From IMG/VR virus record IMGVR_UViG_3300025892_000009: DNA of 64,000 bases, one strand, 5' to 3'. How positions within the stretch are numbered: the first letter of the stretch is position 1; each line of letters opens with the position of its first letter. Shown here piece after piece: positions 29,695-38,261 of this stretch. Under the pieces are notes generated by a model. That model had not been told where the DNA came from and ran no database searches. It was given only the letters and a program-made list of their open reading frames with translations. Source of the stretch: a virus. The position numbers and the translations under genes are program-made.

Positions 29695-30624
29695 TTATGC
29701 AACAGTGCCAATCACCCATGATCTCATACCGAATGGAGTGTCGGCAATGAGAGTTTGTGTCATCTCTACTGCGTCTGGTGGCACTACCAAGCAGAATCCA
29801 ATACCAAGATTGAATACATTTCTCATCTCTTCCTCGGTAATGTCTCCTGCCTCCTGGATCTTGTTAAACAATTCAGGTCTCTCCCAAGCATTGTAGTCAA
29901 CATCAACTGTAAGACCCATTGGAAGGCATCGTGGGAGGTTCTCAGGCAGTCCTCCACCTGTGATGTGTGCCATGCCTAGGATAGGAACTTCGTCCAACAG
30001 GTGCTGAATGAGACGAGCATAGATGGTGGTAGGTCTCAACAACTCAGGCATCTCTTTGTAGAAGATTTTATTTCTCCACAGCATATCATTGATGAGTGTA
30101 TATCCATTACTATGAAGACCACTGCTCTCAATACCAATGACTACATCACCAGGAAACATAGTGCTGCCGTCAACAATCTGATTCTTCTCTACAACACCAG
30201 TGCAGAAACCAGCAAGGTCATAGTCAGTTGCTCTATAATGCTCTGCAGTCTCTCCACCTATAAGTTCCATCCCCGCCATTGTGCAACCAACATTAATTCC
30301 ATACACAATGTCACTAACGTTAGCATCAAGTGTTTTGGCAGAGACATAATCTAAAAAATATAATGGTTTAGCACCAGAACATATAACGTCATTGACGCAC
30401 ATAGCAACGAGATCCTGACCAATAGTTGTATAATCAAAAGCAATCCTACAAATGTTAATTTTAGTTCCAACACCATCAGCACCAGATACCAACACGGGTT
30501 TCTCATATCCTGATGGGACTTCCATCATTCCACTGAAACCACCAATCTTAGGTGCTAATACTTTTAGATACTCTACAAAGGATCTACCCTTCATAATGTC
30601 AACACCAGAAGTTTTATAGTCCAT
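29695..30624 (-). CDS. purM: AIR synthase
   Basis: DYKTSGVD..DGVGTK..GQDLVAMCVND..GGETAE..GLHSNGY..HITGGG. Confidence 0.95.
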   Translation of the reverse strand: MDYKTSGVDIMKGRSFVEYLKVLAPKIGGFSGMMEVPSGYEKPVLVSGADGVGTKINICRIAFDYTTIGQDLVAMCVNDVICSGAKPLYFLDYVSAKTLDANVSDIVYGINVGCTMAGMELIGGETAEHYRATDYDLAGFCTGVVEKNQIVDGSTMFPGDVVIGIESSGLHSNGYTLINDMLWRNKIFYKEMPELLRPTTIYARLIQHLLDEVPILGMAHITGGGLPENLPRCLPMGLTVDVDYNAWERPELFNKIQEAGDITEEEMRNVFNLGIGFCLVVPPDAVEMTQTLIADTPFGMRSWVIGTVA

Positions 30625-30657
30625 AAAAAAGAGGGTCGTAACCCTCTTAGTATATCA

Positions 30658-30870
30658 TTAGTCACCTTGCTTGTAAATGTCTTCTAGTTTTTCTCTGCTG
30701 AGATCAACATACATCAACTCTTCACCTGCCTGTGGTGCTTCTGGGTGACGTGGTTTAGGTTTATTCATCTCTATATTAATAGATTGAATGTTAGCCCACA
30801 TCATAGCGAAGGCACCACCAGCAATGAGAGCAAAGCATATGAAGTATAGCATGACTTCAAAGTTATTCAT
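30658..30870 (-). CDS. Small membrane protein (DUF2973-like)
   Basis: N-terminal transmembrane helix followed by RHPEAP..ELMYV. Confidence 0.6.
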   Translation of the reverse strand: MNNFEVMLYFICFALIAGGAFAMMWANIQSINIEMNKPKPRHPEAPQAGEELMYVDLSREKLEDIYKQGD

Positions 30871-30992
30871 TGTGCTCCTTGATATGATGGGACCATCATA
30901 CCACCATCTTGATCATCATCATCGTCAGGATTCTGAGTGACAAAGAAAGCGATGAGTAATGCAATCCATACAAAAATGTATGTGAAATTCAT
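30867..30992 (-). CDS. Small membrane protein with DDDDD-GGMMVP tail
   Basis: Manual translation, 41 aa; ATGA coupling to the next gene. Confidence 0.55.
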   Translation of the reverse strand: MNFTYIFVWIALLIAFFVTQNPDDDDDQDGGMMVPSYQGAQ

Positions 30993-31055
30993 TGTTATGC
31001 CTCTCTTATTAAAGGTTAGGGCGAAAGTTTTAATAACGAAAATCCTTATTAAAGG

Positions 31056-32111
31056 TTAGAGAGCATTGCCTCTAGGTAGAACTTCTTCGGGGAAGATAAA
31101 GTTTTCGTGTGGTTGATCAGCAGGTGCCAACCATGCTCTCAGTCCTTCGTTGAGAAGGATGTTTTTAGTATAGAAAGTTTCAAACTCTGGATCCTCTGCC
31201 GCTCTGATCTCCTGAGAAACAAAGTCGTAAGCACGAAGATTAAGAGCCAGACCAATGATGCCAATCGATGATGTCCAAAGTCCCATAACTGGAACGAATA
31301 GCATAAAGAAATGAAGCCAGCGTTTGTTGCTGAAAGCAATACCAAAGATCTGTGACCAGAATCTGTTAGCCGTAACCATTGAATAAGTCTCTTCTTCCTG
31401 AGTAGAATCGAATGCCTTAAAAGTATTTGCCTGCTCACCATCTTCATACAATGTATTTTCTACTGTAACGCCATGGATAGCACTGAGTAGTGCTCCTCCA
31501 AGTATACCAGCAACTCCCATCATATGGAAGGGGTTGAGCGTCCAGTTATGAAATCCCTGGAGGAAGAGGAGGAACCTGAAGATCGCCGCGACACCAAAGG
31601 ACGGCGCGAAAAACCAAGAGGACTGTCCCAGAGGATAGATGAGGAAAACACTGACGAATACAGCAATAGGACCAGAAAAAGCAATCGCATTGTAAGGTCT
31701 GATACCAATGAGACGTGCCAATTCAAATTGGCGAAGCATGAAACCAATTAGGGCGAAGGCACCGTGGAGAGCCACGAAATTCCATAGTCCCCCAAGTTGG
31801 CACCACCGCTGGAAATTCCCCTGAGACTCAGGACCCCAAAGTAGAAGAAGAGAATGACCCATAGCGTCAGCAGGCGTCGAGACAGCTGCCGTAAGAAAGT
31901 TAGCACCTTCAAGATAGGAACTAGCAAGACCATGGGTGTACCAACTCGTAACAAAAGCTGTCCCAGTAAGCCAACCGCCAATGGCAAGATAAGCAGTGGG
32001 AAGAAGAAGGAGTCCAGACCAACCCACAAAGACAAAGCGATCCCGTTTAAGCCAGTCGTCCAAGATGTCAAACCATCCCCTCCGTTGTTGTTGTAATGTA
32101 GCAGTCGTCAT
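31056..32111 (-). CDS. psbD: Photosystem II D2 protein
   Basis: Unambiguous D2 sequence ending [10 protein letters not shown]. Confidence 0.99.
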   Translation of the reverse strand: MTTATLQQQRRGWFDILDDWLKRDRFVFVGWSGLLLLPTAYLAIGGWLTGTAFVTSWYTHGLASSYLEGANFLTAAVSTPADAMGHSLLLLWGPESQGNFQRWCQLGGLWNFVALHGAFALIGFMLRQFELARLIGIRPYNAIAFSGPIAVFVSVFLIYPLGQSSWFFAPSFGVAAIFRFLLFLQGFHNWTLNPFHMMGVAGILGGALLSAIHGVTVENTLYEDGEQANTFKAFDSTQEEETYSMVTANRFWSQIFGIAFSNKRWLHFFMLFVPVMGLWTSSIGIIGLALNLRAYDFVSQEIRAAEDPEFETFYTKNILLNEGLRAWLAPADQPHENFIFPEEVLPRGNAL

Positions 32112-32122
32112 TTTTATTTACC

Positions 32123-32353
32123 TTAGTTGTTAAGTTCCAAATAGAATTTTGTTTGATCTACTGGCAATTTGGGTGACGGATCGTAGATAGATGAGTCACC
32201 ATAAGTTTTATGATCTTTATATCCTACCATACGTCCCTTTGTGTTCTGAATAGCACCCATCATTGCAATGATGAGGAAGATGGCAGGGGGACCGATGATG
32301 AGAGCACCACCAATCACATAGTAAGTGAGCAATTCGATTAGATCAGTAGACAT
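32123..32353 (-). CDS. Small membrane protein between psbA and psbD
   Basis: Transmembrane helix followed by GYKDHKTYGDSS; has its own extended -10 upstream. Confidence 0.65.
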   Translation of the reverse strand: MSTDLIELLTYYVIGGALIIGPPAIFLIIAMMGAIQNTKGRMVGYKDHKTYGDSSIYDPSPKLPVDQTKFYLELNN

Positions 32354-32377
32354 AAAACTTTACAATGATGAAGAAAA

Positions 32378-32400
32378 AGAAAGGGACCCGAAGGTCCCCT
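32378..32400 (-). terminator. psbA terminator
   Basis: GGGACC-TTCG-GGTCCC followed by TTTCTTTTT. Confidence 0.85.
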
Positions 32401-32423
32401 TTATTATACCACAGGTTGAGTGA

Positions 32424-33500
32424 TCAACCGACAGAAGGAGCAATCAAGGCCACAGGTGTGGACTCAGCTGCTGCAAGATCAAGCGGGAAGTTGTGCGCGT
32501 TTCTTTCGTGCATGACTTCCATTCCGAGTCCTGCACGGTTGAGCACATCTGCCCAGGTGTTGAGGACACGTCCTTGTCCGTCGAGGATGGACTGGTTGAA
32601 GTTGAATCCATTGAGGTTAAATGCCATGGTGCTTACGCCCAGTGCAGTAAACCAGATTCCAACTACAGGCCATGCTGCCAGGAAGAAATGCAAGGAGCGG
32701 GAGTTGTTGAATGAAGCATATTGGAAGATCAAACGACCGAAGTAACCATGAGCGGCTACGATGTTGTATGTTTCTTCTTCTTGTCCGAACTTGTAACCGT
32801 AGTTTTGGGATTCGGTTTCAGTCGTCTCTCTAACGAGAGAAGAAGTAACCAAACTTCCGTGCATAGCACTAAACAAACTGCCACCAAATACCCCAGCAAC
32901 GCCGAGCATATGGAAGGGATGCATGAGAATATTGTGCTCAGCTTGGAAGACCAACATGTAGTTGAATGTTCCTGAGATTCCGAGTGGCATTGCATCAGAG
33001 AAACTACCTTGACCGAAAGGATACACTAGGAATACTGCAGATGCTGCAGCGACTGGTGCAGAGTATGCAACACAGATCCATGGACGCATACCTAAACGAT
33101 ATGAAAGTTCCCATTCACGTCCCATGTATGCATAGATACCGATGAGGAAGTGAAAGACTACTAGTTGGAAAGGACCACCGTTATACAACCACTCATCGAG
33201 TGATGCTGCTTCCCAGATGGGATAGAAGTGAAGTCCAATTGCGTTGGAGGATGGGACAACAGCACCAGAAATGATGTTGTTACCATACATTAGAGAGCCT
33301 GCTACGGGCTCACGGATCCCATCGATATCGACGGGGGGTGCCGCTACGAAAGCGACGATGAAACAGATGGTTGCCGCCAACAGTGTTGGGATCATCAGCA
33401 CACCAAACCAACCGACATAGAGACGATTGTTAGTTGATGTTACCCACTCACAGAAATCATTCCATGGGGATGTTTGTTGTCTTGAAAGAGTTGTAGCCAT
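32424..33500 (-). CDS. psbA: Photosystem II D1 protein (no intron)
   Basis: Unambiguous D1 sequence, continuous 358-aa ORF. Confidence 0.99.
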   Translation of the reverse strand: MATTLSRQQTSPWNDFCEWVTSTNNRLYVGWFGVLMIPTLLAATICFIVAFVAAPPVDIDGIREPVAGSLMYGNNIISGAVVPSSNAIGLHFYPIWEAASLDEWLYNGGPFQLVVFHFLIGIYAYMGREWELSYRLGMRPWICVAYSAPVAAASAVFLVYPFGQGSFSDAMPLGISGTFNYMLVFQAEHNILMHPFHMLGVAGVFGGSLFSAMHGSLVTSSLVRETTETESQNYGYKFGQEEETYNIVAAHGYFGRLIFQYASFNNSRSLHFFLAAWPVVGIWFTALGVSTMAFNLNGFNFNQSILDGQGRVLNTWADVLNRAGLGMEVMHERNAHNFPLDLAAAESTPVALIAPSVG

Positions 33501-33510
33501 TGTAATTGAA

Positions 33511-33590
33511 AGAAAGTAAGATCATCAGGGAAATGATGGTTTTACTATTTCCTCGCCACCCTAAGGCAAGGATATGAAAGACGTGTTTAT
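33511..33590 (-). ncRNA. PhotoRC-II-like 5' UTR RNA of psbA
   Basis: TTTCATATCCTTGCCTTAGGGTGGCGAGGAAATAGTAAAACCATCATTTCCCTGATGATCTTAC: two hairpins, resembles the cyanophage psbA leader motif as recalled. Confidence 0.65.
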
Positions 33591-33663
33591 ACACCCTATA
33601 GGTCTTGGTTTGAGGAGTGTTACAAACAGTGAAGAAATGTGTTGGTTTCTTGACCCGTTGATA

Positions 33664-33697
33664 TATTTATAATAACAGGATTTACACATCCTGTCAA
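33664..33697 (-). promoter_or_regulatory. Overlapping sigma70 and T4-late promoters of psbA
   Basis: TTGACA-17 nt-TATTAT overlapping TATAAATA. Confidence 0.8.
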
Positions 33698-35169
33698 CCC
33701 CCTTCGTAGTTGAATGTGCCAGAAAGGAATTCGTACATCGTGGGCAAGGTGCCAGCAAGTTTCTTCCTTGCTTCCCAATTAGTATACCACATATCCACCG
33801 TCTTCTCAGGGACTGTAATGGGGTATCCAAAATATTCGTAGTGTCTCTTATTGATATTCGTGAAACCAGATCCTGCAAGGATAAATGCGATCGGCATATG
33901 CCCTGTTGGTATAGGATCTCCCGAGACCATCATGTGACGCACTGCTTCGTGAGTGCCTTCCTGCTTATACTCAACCTCATCGGTAACTGCTCTCCAAAAT
34001 GGAGTGTCTCTACGAGTTGAGTAGTAGTAATGTGCTTCAACAAATTCTCTCCACCCATCCATGTGCTCGGCAAGATCATGATTGAAACGATCTCTAGCAA
34101 ACTGACCAGGTAGTTTTTCTACCATAAGGATATCCATTAGTCCAAGGATGCCATGGTGAGTATTAAAGAGAGATGTAGATTCTAAGGGCTCAATAAAACC
34201 ATAAGACAATCCAATAGAGACACAGTTACCTGTCCATGCTCTCTCATGCCTACCATTCTCAAACTTAATAAGTTTGGCATCATCATATCCAAACTCTTCC
34301 CTGGCAGCTTCTTCTTTCTGAAATCTAGAAGAGAATACATATCCACGACTAATGAAATCATATGTGGGAATAGTCCACTCCCATCCAGAAGTCAAACCTT
34401 TAGCATTGGTGTAAGGCACCATCTGCTTCTTTCTATTTGTATACTCAGTCTTAACTACCAGAGCACTATCAGTAAGAATAGTATCAAAAGGATTCCACTT
34501 ACTTAAAGACCCTGAGAGGACCCTCTGCTGCCCTGTACAATCGATATAGAGATCACCATATACTTCATGAGGTTTGATATCATGTAGTCCTCTATCAACC
34601 AAGACAGATGTGACGTTTCCTTTGGCAATACGTACTGACTTAATTTTACTTTCAACCACTGTGATATTTTCACAGAAGGTATCTTTAAGATACTCTGAAA
34701 ATGCTTTAGCATTGATGTGAAAAGACCTGTCTTTTGCAAGGTCATATGGAGAAAGTAATTGATCGTTAAGGGGCATCCTCCCTTCCTCCGCTACCGACAC
34801 AAACGGCATGAAGACTTCTGCAAAGGGTGGTGTCTTATCAGGATAGAATGCTTTAGCCTGCATCCAGTCATGATACTTAACATCACTGTTTATTGATTGA
34901 CCATTTGGATAATGAAATACTTTTCCCTCAGCAACAAAATCCTCAAATCTAGAGGAAGATTTAAACGTTGCTCTTGCTGCAGGAAGGAATACATGATCAG
35001 GTATTCCCATGTATTTTAAATACTGATTGATATGGGGAGTAGTAGACTCACCCACACCAATAGAATCACCACCTGAGATGATAGTCACATCCCAGTCAGG
35101 AAAAGTTTTACAAACTGCAGCGGCGGTCATCCAACCAGAAGTACCACCACCTGCGATCACAATTTTCAT
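33694..35169 (-). CDS. Flavin-dependent (tryptophan) halogenase family protein
   Basis: GGGTSGW, IGVGEST, ATFK, WEWTIP and FIEPLES motifs. Confidence 0.9.
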   Translation of the reverse strand: MKIVIAGGGTSGWMTAAAVCKTFPDWDVTIISGGDSIGVGESTTPHINQYLKYMGIPDHVFLPAARATFKSSSRFEDFVAEGKVFHYPNGQSINSDVKYHDWMQAKAFYPDKTPPFAEVFMPFVSVAEEGRMPLNDQLLSPYDLAKDRSFHINAKAFSEYLKDTFCENITVVESKIKSVRIAKGNVTSVLVDRGLHDIKPHEVYGDLYIDCTGQQRVLSGSLSKWNPFDTILTDSALVVKTEYTNRKKQMVPYTNAKGLTSGWEWTIPTYDFISRGYVFSSRFQKEEAAREEFGYDDAKLIKFENGRHERAWTGNCVSIGLSYGFIEPLESTSLFNTHHGILGLMDILMVEKLPGQFARDRFNHDLAEHMDGWREFVEAHYYYSTRRDTPFWRAVTDEVEYKQEGTHEAVRHMMVSGDPIPTGHMPIAFILAGSGFTNINKRHYEYFGYPITVPEKTVDMWYTNWEARKKLAGTLPTMYEFLSGTFNYEGG

Positions 35170-35318
35170 TTATCCTTGTCCTTTTTATGTTGTTTATGGT
35201 TATACAACCACGTTTTTATTTGAAGAATCTCATCCCAACTATACCAATTGGGATGTTTCTTAATGTTTTTGAGTAGTGTCTTAGCTGCTCTCTTGTCTGA
35301 TAGCGGCTTCTTCTTCAT
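35166..35318 (-). CDS. Small basic hypothetical protein (50 aa)
   Basis: Manual translation MKKKPLSDKRAAKTLLKNIKKHPNWY..; ATGA coupling to the halogenase. Confidence 0.55.
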   Translation of the reverse strand: MKKKPLSDKRAAKTLLKNIKKHPNWYSWDEILQIKTWLYNHKQHKKDKDK

Positions 35319-35589
35319 AGACCAACCTCCAACTTTCCAACTCTGACTTCACCTTAGACTTCATCATCGCAACAATGTCTCCGCCATGCTTCTTGAGTTC
35401 TTCAGTCTTAGGACTTTCATCAGTGGGAAGCAGATCACCAAACAACCCGTTGCTGGTGAAGTAGTGGCAGAATTCGTAGATAGAAGTATTTATCTCCTCA
35501 TCTAGTTGGATGCAGCATAGTAGACATAAAGATCTTTTCTCAAGATTCTCATCAGAGTAACGCCAGTCTTCAATCATGGGGCACAACAC
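35281..35589 (-). CDS. Hypothetical protein
   Basis: EDWRYS..IYEFCHYF motif. Confidence 0.6.
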   Translation of the reverse strand: MLCPMIEDWRYSDENLEKRSLCLLCCIQLDEEINTSIYEFCHYFTSNGLFGDLLPTDESPKTEELKKHGGDIVAMMKSKVKSELESWRLVYEEEAAIRQESS

Positions 35590-35722
35590 GCAATTTGGTT
35601 TCAGGTTTATTCATTTTGATACAGAGAGCCATTAGAAACTCTGCTTTTAGTTTAGACAATCCTGTGTAATTTTTAAGTGCTACCCAGGAGTCTTTGTCTA
35701 ATAATTCAATGCGGTAAGTCAC
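35570..35722 (-). CDS. Small hypothetical protein
   Basis: Manual translation from GTG: MTYRIELLDKDSWVAL..; fills the gap. Confidence 0.4.
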   Translation of the reverse strand: MTYRIELLDKDSWVALKNYTGLSKLKAEFLMALCIKMNKPETKLRVVPHD

Positions 35723-35728
35723 CGATCT

Positions 35729-36307
35729 CTAGGCAAACACGAGTTTATTTAGGTATTGATATGCATATACTTCACGGTTACCTTTGATGCCCCATCCCAA
35801 CCATGTATATGCAGATCCCATGTACTGAGGGATCGTATCACCATGCCCTTCAAACTGAGGAAGGACACGTTGAAAGATAGGCTCGTTAACCATATAATGA
35901 AGTTGCCCTTCCAAACTACTAGGATCGCAATTAAACTTTGCACAGAAGTTTCCAAGACCCTTGTAGCGTCCAATGGAAGTCCACTGGATCAAACCATATC
36001 CACCAACCTTACATTCAGTGTAGGAGACACGAGCACCACCTTCACAAATATTAGGGATGAACTTACTCTCCTGCTTGATGTTACCCATGATCGTAGCAAG
36101 GGCATTCTTATCAGTAATTTTTGTTTTTGTTTGTAAATATTCAACAGTTTTTGTTTCTGCAGGACTACACCCCACACATACCCATTGTGGATCTTTCACA
36201 ATCACTTGAATAGGTGCGGTCTCTGTAGCATTGTTTAGATCTCCAGGAGAAGGAGATGCACAAGCAGGCACTGCTGCCATCAGCATCGCCATCGACTGTT
36301 TCAACAT
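35729..36307 (-). CDS. Phage tail lysozyme-like peptidoglycan hydrolase with lipoprotein/signal peptide
   Basis: ATIMGNIKQES..GYGLIQWT motif. Confidence 0.75.
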   Translation of the reverse strand: MLKQSMAMLMAAVPACASPSPGDLNNATETAPIQVIVKDPQWVCVGCSPAETKTVEYLQTKTKITDKNALATIMGNIKQESKFIPNICEGGARVSYTECKVGGYGLIQWTSIGRYKGLGNFCAKFNCDPSSLEGQLHYMVNEPIFQRVLPQFEGHGDTIPQYMGSAYTWLGWGIKGNREVYAYQYLNKLVFA

Positions 36308-36348
36308 TTTGAATCTCCAAAAAAATAAGGGTCCTTATGGACCCCAGT

Positions 36349-36377
36349 ACTATAGGTTATCTAGATGAGTCTGTCAA
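36349..36377 (-). promoter_or_regulatory. Sigma70-type promoter followed directly by a terminator-like hairpin
   Basis: TTGACA-17 nt-TATAGT, then GGGGTCC-ATAA-GGACCC-TTATTTTTTT. Confidence 0.75.
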
Positions 36378-36384
36378 GACTTAT

Positions 36385-36492
36385 TCACCAGATACCAGGA
36401 ATAATCTGACCTGTCATAGCATATGCTCCAAGAGCGGCGACAATGCCTAGCATTGCTGCCATGCCATTAATGCGTTCTGCGTCGTCATTCAT
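36385..36492 (-). CDS. hli: High-light-inducible protein (35 aa)
   Basis: AERINGMAAMLG..TGQIIPGIW. Confidence 0.9.
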   Translation of the reverse strand: MNDDAERINGMAAMLGIVAALGAYAMTGQIIPGIW

Positions 36493-37009
36493 CTGAATTT
36501 CCTCCATTGTGGGTTGTGGACTGTAGATATTGTAGCACAGTTTCTGGTGAAGAGACTGTGTAAGGATCAGTATCAGCGTTACTGACTTGACCCTCTTCTT
36601 CAAAGAGTTGCTCAATATTTCCTCGGTCAACTACCATAGCATATCGCCATGATCGATAACCAAATCCAAGATTGGACTTCTCTACTTGCATACCCATGGA
36701 CCTGGTGAAATCACCATTACCATCAGGTATCATCTTAACACTCGTGATGCCTAGAGTTTCTCTCCAAGCATCCATAACGAATCCATCGTTAACTGAGATG
36801 CAATATACCTCATCAATATTATTCTCCAGCAACTCAGGATACATCCTTTCATATGCTGGAAGTTGAAAGTTACTACAGATGGGAGTGAATGCTCCAGGGA
36901 CAGAAAATACAACTACCCTCTTGTCCGCAAAAAATTCTGCAGTGCATGATTTAATAAAAGTTTTCTTCGACCAATCGTAATAGGTAAAGATAACGTCAGG
37001 AATTCGCAT
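36485..37009 (-). CDS. Peroxiredoxin (Prx5/redoxin type)
   Basis: PGAFTPICS..QLP..YCISVND.FVM.AW..DGNG.FT..RSWRY. Confidence 0.9.
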   Translation of the reverse strand: MRIPDVIFTYYDWSKKTFIKSCTAEFFADKRVVVFSVPGAFTPICSNFQLPAYERMYPELLENNIDEVYCISVNDGFVMDAWRETLGITSVKMIPDGNGDFTRSMGMQVEKSNLGFGYRSWRYAMVVDRGNIEQLFEEEGQVSNADTDPYTVSSPETVLQYLQSTTHNGGNSDE

Positions 37010-37283
37010 GATGTGGTTTGTGCTCTCGGTTTAGTGGTTGGGATGGCTCAAATGGTGAACGGGAAAGGTTCTTAATTACAACGAATGCATCCTTATTATA
37101 TTTACGCACACCGTATGGTGTTGCCCATTTTTTGTTGTAATCCTCACCTTGGTGGATACCAGAAACAACTGTGCCACCAACTTCAATTACAATGTTGTCA
37201 TGTCTGACATCCCATCCAAGATCATGGATGGTATTCCAGAGATCCTCTTGTGAAAAATCCATACAAGTTTCAAATAATACCAA
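36996..37283 (-). CDS. Conserved cyanophage hypothetical protein
   Basis: GVRKYNKDAF.VIKNLSR motif. Confidence 0.65.
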   Translation of the reverse strand: MVLFETCMDFSQEDLWNTIHDLGWDVRHDNIVIEVGGTVVSGIHQGEDYNKKWATPYGVRKYNKDAFVVIKNLSRSPFEPSQPLNREHKPHHANS

Positions 37284-37479
37284 AGAATAGTTTACCAGTA
37301 AATGCGTATGAAATCAATGCTGCAACGAATCCCATCATAGCAGTGCGACCGTTTAACTTCTCTGCCCTCTCTGCGTATGATTCATAACCATAACGCTCTG
37401 CATCAGTTTGAGAAATATACATTTGAGGTTCCTTAGCAAACAGGTTTTGTTGTCCTTGCTCGTTTGTTGTAACAGTCAT
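37270..37479 (-). CDS. hli: High-light-inducible protein (long type)
   Basis: QQNLFAKEP..AEKLNGRTAMMGF. Confidence 0.92.
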   Translation of the reverse strand: MTVTTNEQGQQNLFAKEPQMYISQTDAERYGYESYAERAEKLNGRTAMMGFVAALISYAFTGKLFFGII

Positions 37480-37532
37480 TTGTAAAGTTTCGTAACGGTC
37501 ATAATTATATATAAAAGATTAAGTTTTGTCAA
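37479..37532 (-). promoter_or_regulatory. Sigma70 promoter plus HLR1-like (RpaB) direct repeat
   Basis: TTGACA-17 nt-TATAAT (37532-37504), then GTTACGAA-AC-TTTACAAA (37496-37479). Confidence 0.65.
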
Positions 37533-37535
37533 CCA

Positions 37536-37841
37536 TCAAGTGTAGTTGTCAAATGAGATCACGTCAGCACCCTCTGACCCAAACGAGACTGACTGTGCTG
37601 CCCCCTGAGAGTATCCTCCAAAACCAGGGTCAACATACTCACTACTAAGATTAAAATTGTAATCGCTAGGGAAGTTTGCTGTAAGATCTGGATCCTCAGG
37701 ACATGCTTCATAGATGTGAAGCATCCCATTGTAGTGCCTCCACATCTCAGAGAGATGCTGAGGAGGAAAGTTTGTATCATCAATAGCACTATGAAGAGCA
37801 ACCTTCAGAGCATTAACTGCGATCTTCAATTCAGATTTCAT
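37536..37841 (-). CDS. Hypothetical protein
   Basis: Tiled ORF. Confidence 0.6.
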   Translation of the reverse strand: MKSELKIAVNALKVALHSAIDDTNFPPQHLSEMWRHYNGMLHIYEACPEDPDLTANFPSDYNFNLSSEYVDPGFGGYSQGAAQSVSFGSEGADVISFDNYT

Positions 37842-38088
37842 TTCTAATTACCTCATTTTTTACATAGCATGGTACACCAGCAGGATCTAACCATTTGGTA
37901 TACTCAAAGTCAGTCATAGCAGTATCTAACTGCATTGCATTATCACACAGATACATATCCCTATACTTTCCAGTATACGAATCAATCTTCTGGATACGAT
38001 AGTCTGGTTTACCATTGATCTCAAGGATACCAGACTGGACATAGCGATAGGGGAATCGCTCTAGGAAGACAATAGGCTTGTGCATCAT
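37831..38088 (-). CDS. Conserved cyanophage hypothetical protein
   Basis: ERFPYRYV..NGKPDYRIQK..YLCDNAMQ motif. Confidence 0.7.
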   Translation of the reverse strand: MMHKPIVFLERFPYRYVQSGILEINGKPDYRIQKIDSYTGKYRDMYLCDNAMQLDTAMTDFEYTKWLDPAGVPCYVKNEVIRNEI

Positions 38089-38249
38089 TTCCGAAGTGTC
38101 TGTAGATATGATAGCACAGTTTCTCGGACTGTCATCAGATCATCGAAACATTCTTGGTTGTGAGCACATGATCGTAGCTTAGGGTCAGGTTTGTGGACAG
38201 ACTCCATAAAGAGATGCACTGCCCTATTCCATTTTTCATCTTGATCCAT
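38085..38249 (-). CDS. Small hypothetical protein (54 aa)
   Basis: Manual translation MDQDEKWNRAVHLFMESVHKPD..CAHNQEC. Confidence 0.55.
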   Translation of the reverse strand: MDQDEKWNRAVHLFMESVHKPDPKLRSCAHNQECFDDLMTVRETVLSYLQTLRK

Positions 38250-38261
38250 TTAAATTTTTCC

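Noticed and set aside
31139-33878. Several antisense or alternate-frame ORFs over psbD and psbA (for example 32365-32745+, 32493-32714+, 31524-31751+)
   Set aside because: Shadow ORFs expected from the codon bias of highly expressed genes; no start signals or protein motifs. An antisense RNA cannot be excluded.
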